DNA from: Myxococcota bacterium
Lineage (GTDB): Bacteria; Myxococcota_A; UBA796; GCA-2862545
Direction of reading: 5' to 3'
DNA length: 30,379 nucleotides
NCBI GenBank assembly: GCA_039208735.1
Contig: JBCCQY010000109.1
Location: 1 to 30,379, forward strand
Shown here: positions 7,692-16,948 of the stretch, one piece after another
How positions within the stretch are numbered: the first letter of the stretch is position 1
Layout of the letters: every line of letters starts with the position of its first letter
Notes under the pieces: generated by a model
Databases searched by the model: none
The model's input: the letters and a program-made list of their open reading frames with translations, nothing else
What the model was told of the DNA's origin: nothing
Position numbers and translations under genes: made by a program

Positions 7692-8798
7692 ATGCCAAAG
7701 ACACCGACCTACTGGGATTACCTCCGCCTCGACCAGCTTCTGGGCATCCAATCCGGCCTCGAAGCGTCTCCTGACGACGTTTCGGCTGATGAGCTGCACT
7801 TCATCGTGGTGCACCAGGCCTTTGAGCTTTGGTTCAAGCTTCTCCTCTCGGAGATCCGGCTCGCTCGCGATCACCTCGGCCAACCGCGGGTCGATGAAGA
7901 GACGATCCCCTACGTGGTCCAGCATCTGCGCCGAGTGAACACGGTTCTGCGCCACGCAGTGAGCCAGTTCGAAGTCATGGAGACCCTCACGCCGCAGGGC
8001 TTCCTCGACTTCCGAGACAAGCTTTCGCCGTCCAGTGGCTTTCAAAGCTTCCAGATGCGCGAAATCGAGATCCTCATGGGACTCGAAGAGGCGCAACGTA
8101 TTCTCTATGGAAAGGTAGACCCGATCCGGCATATCGAGGAGTCAGCCACCGACAGCCCCGCCAGTCGGATGGCCCGCACGCGCCTCAATGCGGTGCGTGA
8201 GGAGCGAACGATGCTGGCGGTGCTCGACGACTGGCTCTACCGCACACCCATCATGGGCTCAACCCCCGACGAAGCGAGCGACGAAGCGACGGTACTTCAG
8301 TTCCTCGAGGCGTACTTGGGCGAGATGGAGTTGCATCACGACGCGGCGCTCGAGCGCCTCGTAGCCGTGCTCACGCCGACCGACCCCGGCTCGCTCCGAC
8401 AACGGTTTAGCAGCGTCCGCGAGGCGTCAACCGCATTCCTGCACGCAAACGATGTGGCGCCCGAACACCAACCACGACTCCGACGCATCCGAGCCGCGGC
8501 CCTCTTCATCGAGTCGTACCGTTCCCTGCCGCTGCTCTCCTGGCCTCGCCTGCTTCTCGATCTGGTCGTCGAGATGGAAGAGCAACTCGTGCTCTGGCGC
8601 CACCGCCACGTGCGCATGGTCGAACGAACGATTGGTCGCCGCGTGGGAACGGGTGGATCGGGCGGCGTCGCCTATCTCGACCAGACGGTCCACTACCGGG
8701 TATTCCGCGATCTATGGGCCATCCGTACGGTGCTGCTGCCGAAGGGTCGGCTGCCTCCGATCGAGAATCCCGAGTTCTACGGCTTCTCGAATCGGTAG
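7692..8798 (+). CDS. kynA: Tryptophan 2,3-dioxygenase (long form)
   Basis: TYWDYLRLDQLL, ELHFIVVHQAFELWFK, SSGFQSFQMREIE and WRHRHVRMVERTIGRRVGTGGSGGVAYL motifs. The start is ATG 7692 after AGGGGG. Confidence 0.95.
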   Translation: MPKTPTYWDYLRLDQLLGIQSGLEASPDDVSADELHFIVVHQAFELWFKLLLSEIRLARDHLGQPRVDEETIPYVVQHLRRVNTVLRHAVSQFEVMETLTPQGFLDFRDKLSPSSGFQSFQMREIEILMGLEEAQRILYGKVDPIRHIEESATDSPASRMARTRLNAVREERTMLAVLDDWLYRTPIMGSTPDEASDEATVLQFLEAYLGEMELHHDAALERLVAVLTPTDPGSLRQRFSSVREASTAFLHANDVAPEHQPRLRRIRAAALFIESYRSLPLLSWPRLLLDLVVEMEEQLVLWRHRHVRMVERTIGRRVGTGGSGGVAYLDQTVHYRVFRDLWAIRTVLLPKGRLPPIENPEFYGFSNR

Positions 8799-8855
8799 AC
8801 CGTTGCCCTTCACGCCCTCCTTCGCGTATCGTGGAGGGACGACCGTGGAGGAACC

Positions 8856-10223
8856 GTGCGTACCCTTGCAATCTTGGCCTTCGCCCTTGGATGCACCGGA
8901 GAGACCCCGCAGACCCCGACCGAGCCCACGGACGCTGGCCCCATCACTTGCAAAGATGTGGAGCGGACCAACTGCTTCGAAATCGCGGCCGGCGACGTCA
9001 AGACACTCCAGGACACCGTCAACCTGCTGGAGGACGACTCGGCGATCGTCCTCGAAGCAGGAACCTATGCTTTTGACAACGCACTGACCGTGCGAAACGC
9101 CAACGGCGTCACGATCATTGGTCAAGGCATCGACCAAACCGTGCTCGACTTCAACGCCGTTCAAGCCCAAACCAACGGCGTCGACGTCATCGCGGACGAC
9201 ATCGTCCTCGAAGGCTTCACCGTGGTCGACGCCAAGAAGGATGGGGTTCGGGTCGAAGACTCGAACGGCGTGGTCTTCCGCAAGGTCAAGGTGACCTGGT
9301 CGGGCGGCCCGCTCACGACCAACGGAGCCTACGGCCTGTACCCCGTGAAGGTCACGAACGTCCTCATGGAGGACTCGGAGGCCTACAACGCCTCGGACGC
9401 CGGCATCTACGTCGGTCAGTGTGTCAATGCGATCATCCGCAACAACATCGCCATGGGCAATGTCGCCGGCATCGAGATCGAGAACACCCAGTACGCCGAC
9501 GTCTACGGCAACCTGGCCGAAGACAACACGGCCGGCCTCATCATGTTCGACCTGCCCGGAAACCCGGTGATCGGGCGCGACGTCCGCATTCACGACAACC
9601 GGATCATCAACAACAACCGCGAAAACTTCGCCCCAGGTGGTACGGTCTCGGTGATCCCTGCGGGTACGGGAACGCTCGCGCTGGCCAGCCGTCGCTCCGA
9701 GATCGACAACAACACCTACGAGAACAACCAAACGACCGACGTTGCGTTGCTCTCCGGATTTGTGATCAACGGCGACCCTGCCGCGTGGCACATCCTCAAC
9801 GAAGATTTGGTTGGTGACACCGACGATCTCGGACTCATCTCGGACGAAACCGGGGTGTTCAACTATCGCAGTGAGAACATCTGGGTGCACGACAACACGC
9901 ACTCGAATTCCGGTGGCAACCCAGATGACGCTGATTTCGTGGCTCGCGAAATTGGGTTCTTGCTCGGGGTCGTCTATGGCGAAGAGCCCGTCGATGCCGT
10001 CTGGTACGACGCGATTGGCGAGAGCAGCTTCTCCGCCACCGATGCAGCTGGCAACAGCAACGACAACAACATGTGCATCGGCGTGGCCACGGGGATGACC
10101 TTCGCAAGCCTGAACCTCGAAGAGCTGATCGACACGCCGTCCCTCGAGAACGTGTACCGTCCGGAACCGCCCTTTGCACCTTTCGATTGCGAAGGCACCC
10201 GCCCCATCGCCCCGGAGTTCTAA
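8856..10223 (+). CDS. Parallel beta-helix lipoprotein (TIGR03805-like)
   Basis: Lipobox FALGC; NGAYGLYPV, ASDAGIYVGQ and NVAGIEIEN motifs; Asn-rich beta-helix repeats. Confidence 0.85.
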   Translation: MRTLAILAFALGCTGETPQTPTEPTDAGPITCKDVERTNCFEIAAGDVKTLQDTVNLLEDDSAIVLEAGTYAFDNALTVRNANGVTIIGQGIDQTVLDFNAVQAQTNGVDVIADDIVLEGFTVVDAKKDGVRVEDSNGVVFRKVKVTWSGGPLTTNGAYGLYPVKVTNVLMEDSEAYNASDAGIYVGQCVNAIIRNNIAMGNVAGIEIENTQYADVYGNLAEDNTAGLIMFDLPGNPVIGRDVRIHDNRIINNNRENFAPGGTVSVIPAGTGTLALASRRSEIDNNTYENNQTTDVALLSGFVINGDPAAWHILNEDLVGDTDDLGLISDETGVFNYRSENIWVHDNTHSNSGGNPDDADFVAREIGFLLGVVYGEEPVDAVWYDAIGESSFSATDAAGNSNDNNMCIGVATGMTFASLNLEELIDTPSLENVYRPEPPFAPFDCEGTRPIAPEF

Positions 10224-11335
10224 TGCGCCTGCTGGCGTTGCTGTCCCTCGGTTGCTCGGTGACTCCTGCCCCACAGACCGAGACACCCAGTGTTGAACCT
10301 ACGGATGAGCTGCCCGACGAGCGTTCCGTGACCTTTTACGGGGTCACGGGGTTCGCGGACGGTCAGGTCCAGTACGTCGACGAAGCGGTCTCCTACCGCC
10401 TCGCAACCCCCCTGTTCAGCGACTACGCCATCAAACAGCGGGCCGTGATCTTCCCCGAGGGCGAAGCGGCGCGCTACGACGGGGATGGCATACTCGACTT
10501 TCCGGTTGGCACCGTCATTCTCAAGTCGTTCCTATTCCCCGCCGACTTCCGACAACCCGACCAAGACGTCCGCGTCATCGAAACGCGGGTCTTGGTTCGC
10601 GAGGACGACGGCTGGGAAACCTGGCCCTACCTTTGGAACGATGAGATGTCGGACGCGAAGCGCTCGCCGAGCGGCGCGGTGGTCGACATCGACTTCATCG
10701 ACGCCGAAGGCAACCCCGTGTCGACGGCCTACCTCGTGCCCCAACGCAACCAATGCGTGGACTGCCACGAGGTGCTCATCGGCGAAGATCGAGCCAACGT
10801 GCCCATTGGCCCCAGACCCCGAAACCTCGCGGTGGACGGCCAGTGGGAGCAATGGGTAGCCGACGGCTTGGTTACGGACCTACCCAGCGAACCGGTGGTG
10901 CCCGCGGTTGATGCACAGGCGTGGCCGTCAACGCCCCCGTCGGAGTGGGATGATGCCTACCTCGACGCGGCAACCCGCGACTACCTCGATGTGAACTGCG
11001 CCCACTGCCACAATCCGAACGGCACAGAAGGCGTCAGTTCGCAGCTCTTCCTGAACTGGGACAACGAAGATCAGTTCCGCCTTGGCGTGTGCAAAAAGCC
11101 CGGAAGTGCGGGCCGAGGCACGGGTGGACTTATCTACGACATCGTGCCTGGCGAACCCGAGTCCTCGATTCTGTGGTACCGCACCCAAACCGAGGAGGTT
11201 GGCGAAATGATGCCCGACATTGGCCGGTCGCTCCGCGATGATCGAGCCATCGAACTCATCGAAGCCTGGATTGCGCGGCTGCCTGGCGACTGCGAAGAAC
11301 CGGAAGAAAGCACGACGACTCCCTCCACTCCGTAG
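10223..11335 (+). CDS. SO2930-family diheme c-type cytochrome lipoprotein (TIGR03806-like)
   Basis: TAATG overlap with the upstream gene; lipobox LSLGC; PLFSDYAIKQR and FPVGTVILKSF; two heme motifs CVDCH and CAHCH; C-terminal MMP. Confidence 0.85.
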   Translation: MRLLALLSLGCSVTPAPQTETPSVEPTDELPDERSVTFYGVTGFADGQVQYVDEAVSYRLATPLFSDYAIKQRAVIFPEGEAARYDGDGILDFPVGTVILKSFLFPADFRQPDQDVRVIETRVLVREDDGWETWPYLWNDEMSDAKRSPSGAVVDIDFIDAEGNPVSTAYLVPQRNQCVDCHEVLIGEDRANVPIGPRPRNLAVDGQWEQWVADGLVTDLPSEPVVPAVDAQAWPSTPPSEWDDAYLDAATRDYLDVNCAHCHNPNGTEGVSSQLFLNWDNEDQFRLGVCKKPGSAGRGTGGLIYDIVPGEPESSILWYRTQTEEVGEMMPDIGRSLRDDRAIELIEAWIARLPGDCEEPEESTTTPSTP

Positions 11336-11362
11336 AGGAGTCGCGTTATTCGACCCGGGTTG

Positions 11363-11389
11363 GGAACCGCTACGCGCGGTCGTGGTCCA
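11363..11389 (+). promoter_or_regulatory. Candidate autoregulated ECF promoter
   Basis: GGAAC-N17-GTCCA lies about 23 bp upstream of the sigma factor ATG. Confidence 0.5.
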
Positions 11390-11411
11390 TGAACCCAGGA
11401 GCCTTCGGCGC

Positions 11412-12011
11412 ATGTCGAGCGAGACATCCGATGCAGAGCTCGTCCGGAGGTTCAAACAGGGAGACCGCGAGGCCTATGCCGAGATCGTGCGCCGCTACCA
11501 ACACCGGGTGTTCACCCTTTGCGTGCGGTGGATGGGCGACCGGCAAGTGGCCGAAGAGGTCGCCCAAGATGTCTTCTTGGCGCTCTACAAATCACTTTCC
11601 AAGTTTCGCGGCGACGCGCAGCTTTCCACCTGGGTGTACCGGGTGGTCATCAATCACTGTAAGAACCGCCGAATGTACCGCCGTAGGCGCCATATGGATC
11701 GCCACGAAGGCCTTGAAGCGCCCAAGGGCGACGACGACGGGCCGATTCGACAAATCCCGGACGAAGGACCGGGCACCGATGCACCCCTGTTCGCTTCCGA
11801 AGCGGAAGAGCTGGTTCAGTCGGGACTCCAGCAGCTCGATGAAGAACAACGCCAAATCATCGTCCTTCGCGATGTACAAGACCTCTCGTACGAAGAGATC
11901 AGCAGCATTCTCAACCTGCCGAGAGGTACAGTGAAGAGCCGCCTCCACCGGGCCCGTGCCCAGCTCGCTACCGTTTTGGGCCGGCGGGTGAAGAAAGAAG
12001 ACGTGATGTAG
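11412..12011 (+). CDS. ECF sigma-70 factor
   Basis: SDAELVRR, AEEVAQDVFL, STWVYRVVINHC and LSYEEIS...GTVKSRLHRAR motifs. Confidence 0.95.
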   Translation: MSSETSDAELVRRFKQGDREAYAEIVRRYQHRVFTLCVRWMGDRQVAEEVAQDVFLALYKSLSKFRGDAQLSTWVYRVVINHCKNRRMYRRRRHMDRHEGLEAPKGDDDGPIRQIPDEGPGTDAPLFASEAEELVQSGLQQLDEEQRQIIVLRDVQDLSYEEISSILNLPRGTVKSRLHRARAQLATVLGRRVKKEDVM

Positions 12012-12016
12012 ACCGC

Positions 12017-13141
12017 ATGAGCCCCCCTTCCCACGACGACCGCCCTCCCGGCGCCGACGACCCGGCGCAAGGCCCCGGTGCGCCTGGCGGGGTGGTCGAG
12101 GATGTGTCGGCCTACCTCGATGGGGAACTTACCGACGCCGAGATTCTGGCTTTTGAAGCGGAACTCGAGCGCAACGCGGCGCTACGAGCCGATCTGGACG
12201 AGATCCGCGAGGTATCCGAATGGCTCGCGGCCGAAGGCCCGACCGAGGCCCCCATGGGCTTCGCCAACCGGGTGCTCGCCCGCATCGAGGAGGAACACCC
12301 CGCGCCAAGCCCGTGGTGGACATGGCTCCGCCGTCCCTTCGGCATGCCCCTCGAAGGCGTTGTGGTGGCCTTGTCGGCCGCAATCGTGCTGGCCTTGGTC
12401 ATCCCCCGTGCGACCACGCCTCCCGAGCGCGGCGCGGTCGAGGAACGCGCGGCTCGCCAATCCACCGTCGAACAGCCTCCCGTCCCCCTTCCTGAGGACG
12501 GGGTTCCGACCACGGACGCCACCGAGGTCAAGGTCTGGGAAGACGGCGCCCCTCCCGTCACCAAGAAGGCGGCGCCCCAACGGCGCACGAACCAAAAACC
12601 GCGTCTCGAACGAAACGCCACCCCCAAGTCCACGACGGCGGCACCTGCCCAGGGCACCGGCGACTTCGGCCTCGTCGAAACCTTGAGCCGCAAGCAAGCC
12701 ATCGAGGCGCCAACCGACGCCTACGAGGTGCCATCCCCATCCGACGCGGGCACGCCGTCTCCTGAAGCCCCGTTCGTGAAGCCCTCCGCCGCCGCCGAAC
12801 GAGCCGTGACCGAAGCGCATTTCCTGCCGGTCCGCGTCTCGAGCGACGACCCCGAGATGCTCGGCCGAATGCTGAAACTGGCCGCCCGATTCGGCGGGGC
12901 CATGGATGCCAGGGGCGAAGAGATTTCGGACCCCGTCCTGCGCTCCCGATCCCGCGAGATCTACGTTTCGGTTCGCCAAGAAGAACTGCCCGATTTCGAA
13001 CGCCAACTTGGTGGTTTGGGCTACCAAGTGGGCTTCGTCGAAGAGGCCAAGCTTCTGGCCGGTGAGCGCGTGGTGGTGCAGCTTCAGCTCATCTACGACG
13101 CGAGCCCCGCCGAACAGCCTGGGTCGGACGAACTCGAGTAG
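12017..13141 (+). CDS. Membrane-anchored anti-sigma factor
   Basis: VSAYLDGEL anti-sigma N-terminus without Zn-binding cysteines, one TM helix (VVVALSAAIVLALVI) and a Pro-rich linker, directly downstream of the ECF gene. Confidence 0.8.
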   Translation: MSPPSHDDRPPGADDPAQGPGAPGGVVEDVSAYLDGELTDAEILAFEAELERNAALRADLDEIREVSEWLAAEGPTEAPMGFANRVLARIEEEHPAPSPWWTWLRRPFGMPLEGVVVALSAAIVLALVIPRATTPPERGAVEERAARQSTVEQPPVPLPEDGVPTTDATEVKVWEDGAPPVTKKAAPQRRTNQKPRLERNATPKSTTAAPAQGTGDFGLVETLSRKQAIEAPTDAYEVPSPSDAGTPSPEAPFVKPSAAAERAVTEAHFLPVRVSSDDPEMLGRMLKLAARFGGAMDARGEEISDPVLRSRSREIYVSVRQEELPDFERQLGGLGYQVGFVEEAKLLAGERVVVQLQLIYDASPAEQPGSDELE

Positions 13142-13148
13142 ATTGCGC

Positions 13149-13182
13149 CTCTGGTAGAGCGGAACCCGTTCTACCGGAGTTT
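13149..13182 (+). terminator. Probable intrinsic terminator
   Basis: CTCTGGTAGAGCGG-AAC-CCGTTCTACCGGAG forms a 14-bp stem (2 G-U pairs) followed by TTT. Confidence 0.5.
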
Positions 13183-13209
13183 GTACGACGCTCGCAACGC
13201 ACCCAACCT

Positions 13210-13680
13210 GGTCATTCCCGATCCCCCTGAAGAGACCGACGATTCGGAACTTCGATGCATCCTGGAGACCATCAAGCGACGGTCGGGGCTCGAATTCCGT
13301 TGGTATCGGATGCCATCACGCGAGCAAGTCGTGGTTTGTACACATTGGGTGAAGTCAGTGACGTGCTCCAACGGGCTCGGGGCCACATCACGGTTCACAG
13401 CCGCGCAGGACGCGGGGCCCGATTCGAAGTGGTCTTGCCCACGTTGGGGGGTGGACCTGCCAGGATCGCCGCCGTGATACAGAAAGAGGCCGGAAAGGAG
13501 AGCGTCACTCGACAACCCGTTGAGCAACGCCTTTTCCTGGCCAGCGTCCATCCTTCCGCGACCGTGAACGGATGACCATTCTTCGGGTCTTGGTGATGGA
13601 CGACGATGAGGCGTGACGCCTTGGAAACATCTGGGTCAGACGTTTCGATCCATGGAATGCGTCGTTAGCCTCAGTTGCAT
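13210..13680 (+). pseudogene. Relic of a CheR / histidine kinase / receiver locus
   Basis: Three fragments in different frames: CheR_N-like ELRCILETIKRRSGLEFRWYR, HATPase C-terminal GHITVHSRAGRGARFEVVLP, and receiver start MTILRVLVMDDDEA* at 13572. Confidence 0.55.
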
Positions 13681-13798
13681 CGCTTTCGCGAGCAAGTGTC
13701 ACTTGGGGGAGCGCCCTAAGAGGCCCTGTCGATATGGGACGGCCGAGTTTGGTCAGGCGTGGGCACATTGGGTCGAAGCGCCATTTTGGAGGCATCGC

Positions 13799-15571
13799 AT
13801 GATCACCACACGTCTGAATCCCCGAGGTACAGGTTGGCAACGGCGCGACAGCGACGGATTCACCTTGCACATCGACGCACCAGGCGATGCCTCACTCGCC
13901 TTCGCCGCAGCGGTGGTCCGAGGGATGCGCGCCCGGCCGCGGCGGCTCGAACCCCGCTTCATCTATGATGCGCACGGCTCCGTCATCTACGAGCAGATCA
14001 CCGAGCTGCCAGAGTACTACCAAACCCGCACCGAAGACGCGATCCTCGCGTCCTGCGCCAATGCCCTTGCCGAGGAAGTTGGGCATACCACCTTGGTTGA
14101 GCTGGGTTCTGGTTCGTCGACCAAAACCCGCCGCATCCTTGAGGCCTTTCGCGAAGTCCACGGCGACAATCAAACCTACATTCCGATCGACGTCAGTGTC
14201 ACCGCGGTCCAAAATGCGTGCGTCGACCTACAACAGCGGTACCCCGGCCTCGATGTTGAGGGCGTCGCCAGCACCTTCCATCGAGGCCTGTCTTTGGTGG
14301 AGCCCCTTCACCCCAAGACGGTGCTCTTCCTGGGGTCGACTCTGGGCAACTTCAGCCCCGACAATCTGGATGCCTTCTTCCGCAATCTGGCCGCGATGCT
14401 GCATGAAGGCGACCACTTCGTGCTCGGCATCGACCTGGTGAAGGAACCCGCCGTTCTTGAAGCGGCCTACGCCGATAGCAAAGGCCTTACCGAGCAGTTC
14501 ATCCTCAACGTGTTCCAACGCATGAACACGGAACTCGACGCCGGCCTGGATCTTGACGCCTTTTGCATGCGCTCCTTCTACGACATCGATCAGCGTCAGG
14601 TGGAAATGTGGGCGGAGGTGGACCGCGCACAAACCCTCCACGTGGGCCCCTTGGCCACCACCTTCAACATCGCAAAGGGTGAGCGGATCCTCGTGGAGGT
14701 GTCGCGCAAGTTCACCGTCGACCAGATCCGCCAGGAAGCCCAGCGCTTCGACCTACACGTGCGCGAAGTATACCAAGACCCCAAGCAGTACTTTGCCCTC
14801 GTCGTCTTTGCGCGAGGCCCCGCGGCGGTGGCGGGACGCATCGCTCAAGCGGAAAACGCACCCGCTCCCGAGCGCCCTGTGGCCCCGGCGACCGGCACCT
14901 GGTGCCGCATCCCCGCCGGCGAGGCGCTGCTTGGTGAACCGCCCACGGCCAAGATGGTCGACACGGTCGAAGTCGGGACCTTCCCAGTGACGTGCTCGGA
15001 GTTCCTCGCGTTCGTCGAAAACGGCGGCTACGACGACGACGCGTTCTGGTCGGAGGAGGGTCGAAGGTGGCGCGACCTCGCGAACGTTCGCGCCCCGCTG
15101 GGCTGGGAACGGGGCAAGGACGGGCGTTGGCGGGTCCAGGGCATTCCGCTGGACTACCTCGAGCCGGTCACCGGGGTCTGCTTCTATGAGGCCACCGCCT
15201 ATGCCGCGTGGTCCAAGGCCCGCCTTCCCACGGAAGCGGAGTGGGAAAAGGCGGCGGCCTGGGATCCCGAACAAGCCCGGCAGCGGAGCTGGCCATGGGG
15301 CGATGCCCCACCCGACCCCCGCCGCTGCAACGCGGGTGGGTCGCTCACCGGAGCCGCTGCGGTGGGTTCCTACCCCTCGTCGGTGAGCTTCTACGGGCTT
15401 CATCAAGCCCTCGGCGACATCTGGGAGTGGGTTTTGGGTGAGGAGGGCCCGGTTCTGCGAGGCGGGTCCTTTCAGACCGCGCTCGCCGAACTGGACTGCA
15501 CGCTACGCCGTTCTGCATCCGGCGTTCACCGCACACCGGCCATCGGCATCCGTCTCGCTAGAACCCCGTAG
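13799..15571 (+). CDS. egtD: Histidine N-alpha-trimethyltransferase (EgtD) fused to a C-terminal FGE-sulfatase domain
   Basis: IYDAHGSVIYEQITELPEYYQTRTE, LVELGSGSSTKT, FLGSTLGNF, LGIDLVK, AAYAD and EVSRKF are EgtD motifs. They are followed by RLPTEAEWEKAA, WPWG, GDIWEW and VLRGGSF. GGAGG precedes ATG 13799. Confidence 0.88.
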   Translation: MITTRLNPRGTGWQRRDSDGFTLHIDAPGDASLAFAAAVVRGMRARPRRLEPRFIYDAHGSVIYEQITELPEYYQTRTEDAILASCANALAEEVGHTTLVELGSGSSTKTRRILEAFREVHGDNQTYIPIDVSVTAVQNACVDLQQRYPGLDVEGVASTFHRGLSLVEPLHPKTVLFLGSTLGNFSPDNLDAFFRNLAAMLHEGDHFVLGIDLVKEPAVLEAAYADSKGLTEQFILNVFQRMNTELDAGLDLDAFCMRSFYDIDQRQVEMWAEVDRAQTLHVGPLATTFNIAKGERILVEVSRKFTVDQIRQEAQRFDLHVREVYQDPKQYFALVVFARGPAAVAGRIAQAENAPAPERPVAPATGTWCRIPAGEALLGEPPTAKMVDTVEVGTFPVTCSEFLAFVENGGYDDDAFWSEEGRRWRDLANVRAPLGWERGKDGRWRVQGIPLDYLEPVTGVCFYEATAYAAWSKARLPTEAEWEKAAAWDPEQARQRSWPWGDAPPDPRRCNAGGSLTGAAAVGSYPSSVSFYGLHQALGDIWEWVLGEEGPVLRGGSFQTALAELDCTLRRSASGVHRTPAIGIRLARTP

Positions 15572-15572
15572 T

Positions 15573-16847
15573 TCAGGCGACGGTGCGGAACGTCGCGAAC
15601 ACGTAAGGGTAGCGGCGTCCGTACCAATTGCGGAAGCTCCGTCGCACGAAACGCGGATCGGTGGCCCACGACGCTCCGAACACCACCTGGTGACGTCCAT
15701 CAAAGAAGTCGGCCGAGTAGCCAGGGTAGGTCGGGTGAATGGGCTCGAAGCCGGGCCGCGGAAGGAACGGTGTTGACGTCCATTCCCAGCTGTTGCCGAC
15801 CAGATCGTGAACCCCCCAGGCGCTCACCGCATCGGGGGTCTGCCCCACGGGAACCCGTGCGTGTCGCTGGTATGCGATCGACCCATGCTCCGGACCGACC
15901 GCCTCGTTCCCCCAGGCGAACGGACGTTCTTCACCGTCGGGCGTCGTGAAAGTGGCCCGATGGAGTTCGCCTTCCGTGGGCAGGCGGCGTCCGATCCAGC
16001 GCGCATAGGCCAACGCTTCGGCGTAGCTTACGTGCACGGGCCATCCTGCAACGTCCTCGCGTTCGTGCCAGGCGAAGAGCGAACGCACTTGCCACCCTGC
16101 TCCGCTGCGACGCCAGAACTGCGGATGGGTGCGCCCCGTCCGCCGAAGCCATCGCAGGTCGGCCGCATCCCAAAGGTCCGAACGGTCGTAGCCCCCATCC
16201 TCGACGAACGCTGCGAAACGCTCGATCGTGACCGGCACATCGTCGATCGTGAAGGCCGGAACGTCGACGGTCTGCGACGGAAACTCGTTGTCCCAGCCAA
16301 ATGGGATGTCGCCATGCTCGACGCCCAAGCGGACCGATCCTGAAGCCACTTCGATGGGCTCAGCATCGCGGCCCGAGCCGAGCGTCACCTCAGCCCACCT
16401 TTCGGGCGCCGTGAGCACGGCAGGCTCCATCTGGGCGACGAGGTAGAGCAGAGTCTCGTGGTGCATGAGCTCGTGCTCAAGGATCAACCCCTGCATCGTT
16501 TGAGCGGCCGCGTCATCGCCTTGCACATGCTCCCGTAAGAACGTGCGGATGTTGTCCCGATACTCCAAGATGGCGCTGATGTCGGGCCACGTCTCAGGCG
16601 CTAATCCGGCGGCTTCGACCTCATCTTCGGGGTCGATCCCTCGTGCGAACAACGTGTCGAACCGAGGTTCAAAGGGCTCGGCGCCGTGGGCGGCTCGCCA
16701 TTGGTTGTAGGCGAAGGCGGGCAGGTGCCCCACATAGAAGAGGATGGGATGCCGCAGCACGATGCCCTTCTTCGTCCACGCGGAACGGTCCACCAGGTCG
16801 AAGATGCGGTCGCTGAGCGACCAGGCGCTGTCGAAGTGCGTGAACAT
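15573..16847 (-). CDS. egtB: Non-heme iron sulfoxide synthase, EgtB/Egt1-like (DinB + FGE-sulfatase)
   Basis: RHPILFYVGHLPAF and EHELMHHETLLY supply three His iron ligands. FGWDNE, GNSWEWT, YPGYSADFFD and RRSFRNWY are also present. GGAG precedes ATG 16847. Confidence 0.82.
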   Translation of the reverse strand: MFTHFDSAWSLSDRIFDLVDRSAWTKKGIVLRHPILFYVGHLPAFAYNQWRAAHGAEPFEPRFDTLFARGIDPEDEVEAAGLAPETWPDISAILEYRDNIRTFLREHVQGDDAAAQTMQGLILEHELMHHETLLYLVAQMEPAVLTAPERWAEVTLGSGRDAEPIEVASGSVRLGVEHGDIPFGWDNEFPSQTVDVPAFTIDDVPVTIERFAAFVEDGGYDRSDLWDAADLRWLRRTGRTHPQFWRRSGAGWQVRSLFAWHEREDVAGWPVHVSYAEALAYARWIGRRLPTEGELHRATFTTPDGEERPFAWGNEAVGPEHGSIAYQRHARVPVGQTPDAVSAWGVHDLVGNSWEWTSTPFLPRPGFEPIHPTYPGYSADFFDGRHQVVFGASWATDPRFVRRSFRNWYGRRYPYVFATFRTVA

Positions 16848-16948
16848 GTGATCTCCGTACAACTACTCGTGTAGCGTCCTGGACGGAGTCGAGCCGCCGC
16901 TTGGGGGGTTACAGCCCCGTACAGTCGCCTTGGCAGGACCGCACCGGC

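Noticed and set aside
5285..8798. Functional link or attenuation between tRNA-Trp and kynA
   Set aside because: They are separated by three unrelated genes, and I saw no Trp-rich leader peptide upstream of kynA.
8712..10286. Long antisense ORFs (also 6954-8132, 27411-28688 and similar)
   Set aside because: These are shadow frames of well-supported genes in high-GC DNA, with no motifs.
13613..13798. N-terminal extension of EgtD
   Set aside because: A GGAGG RBS precedes ATG 13799, and the upstream sequence is better explained as a receiver-domain relic.
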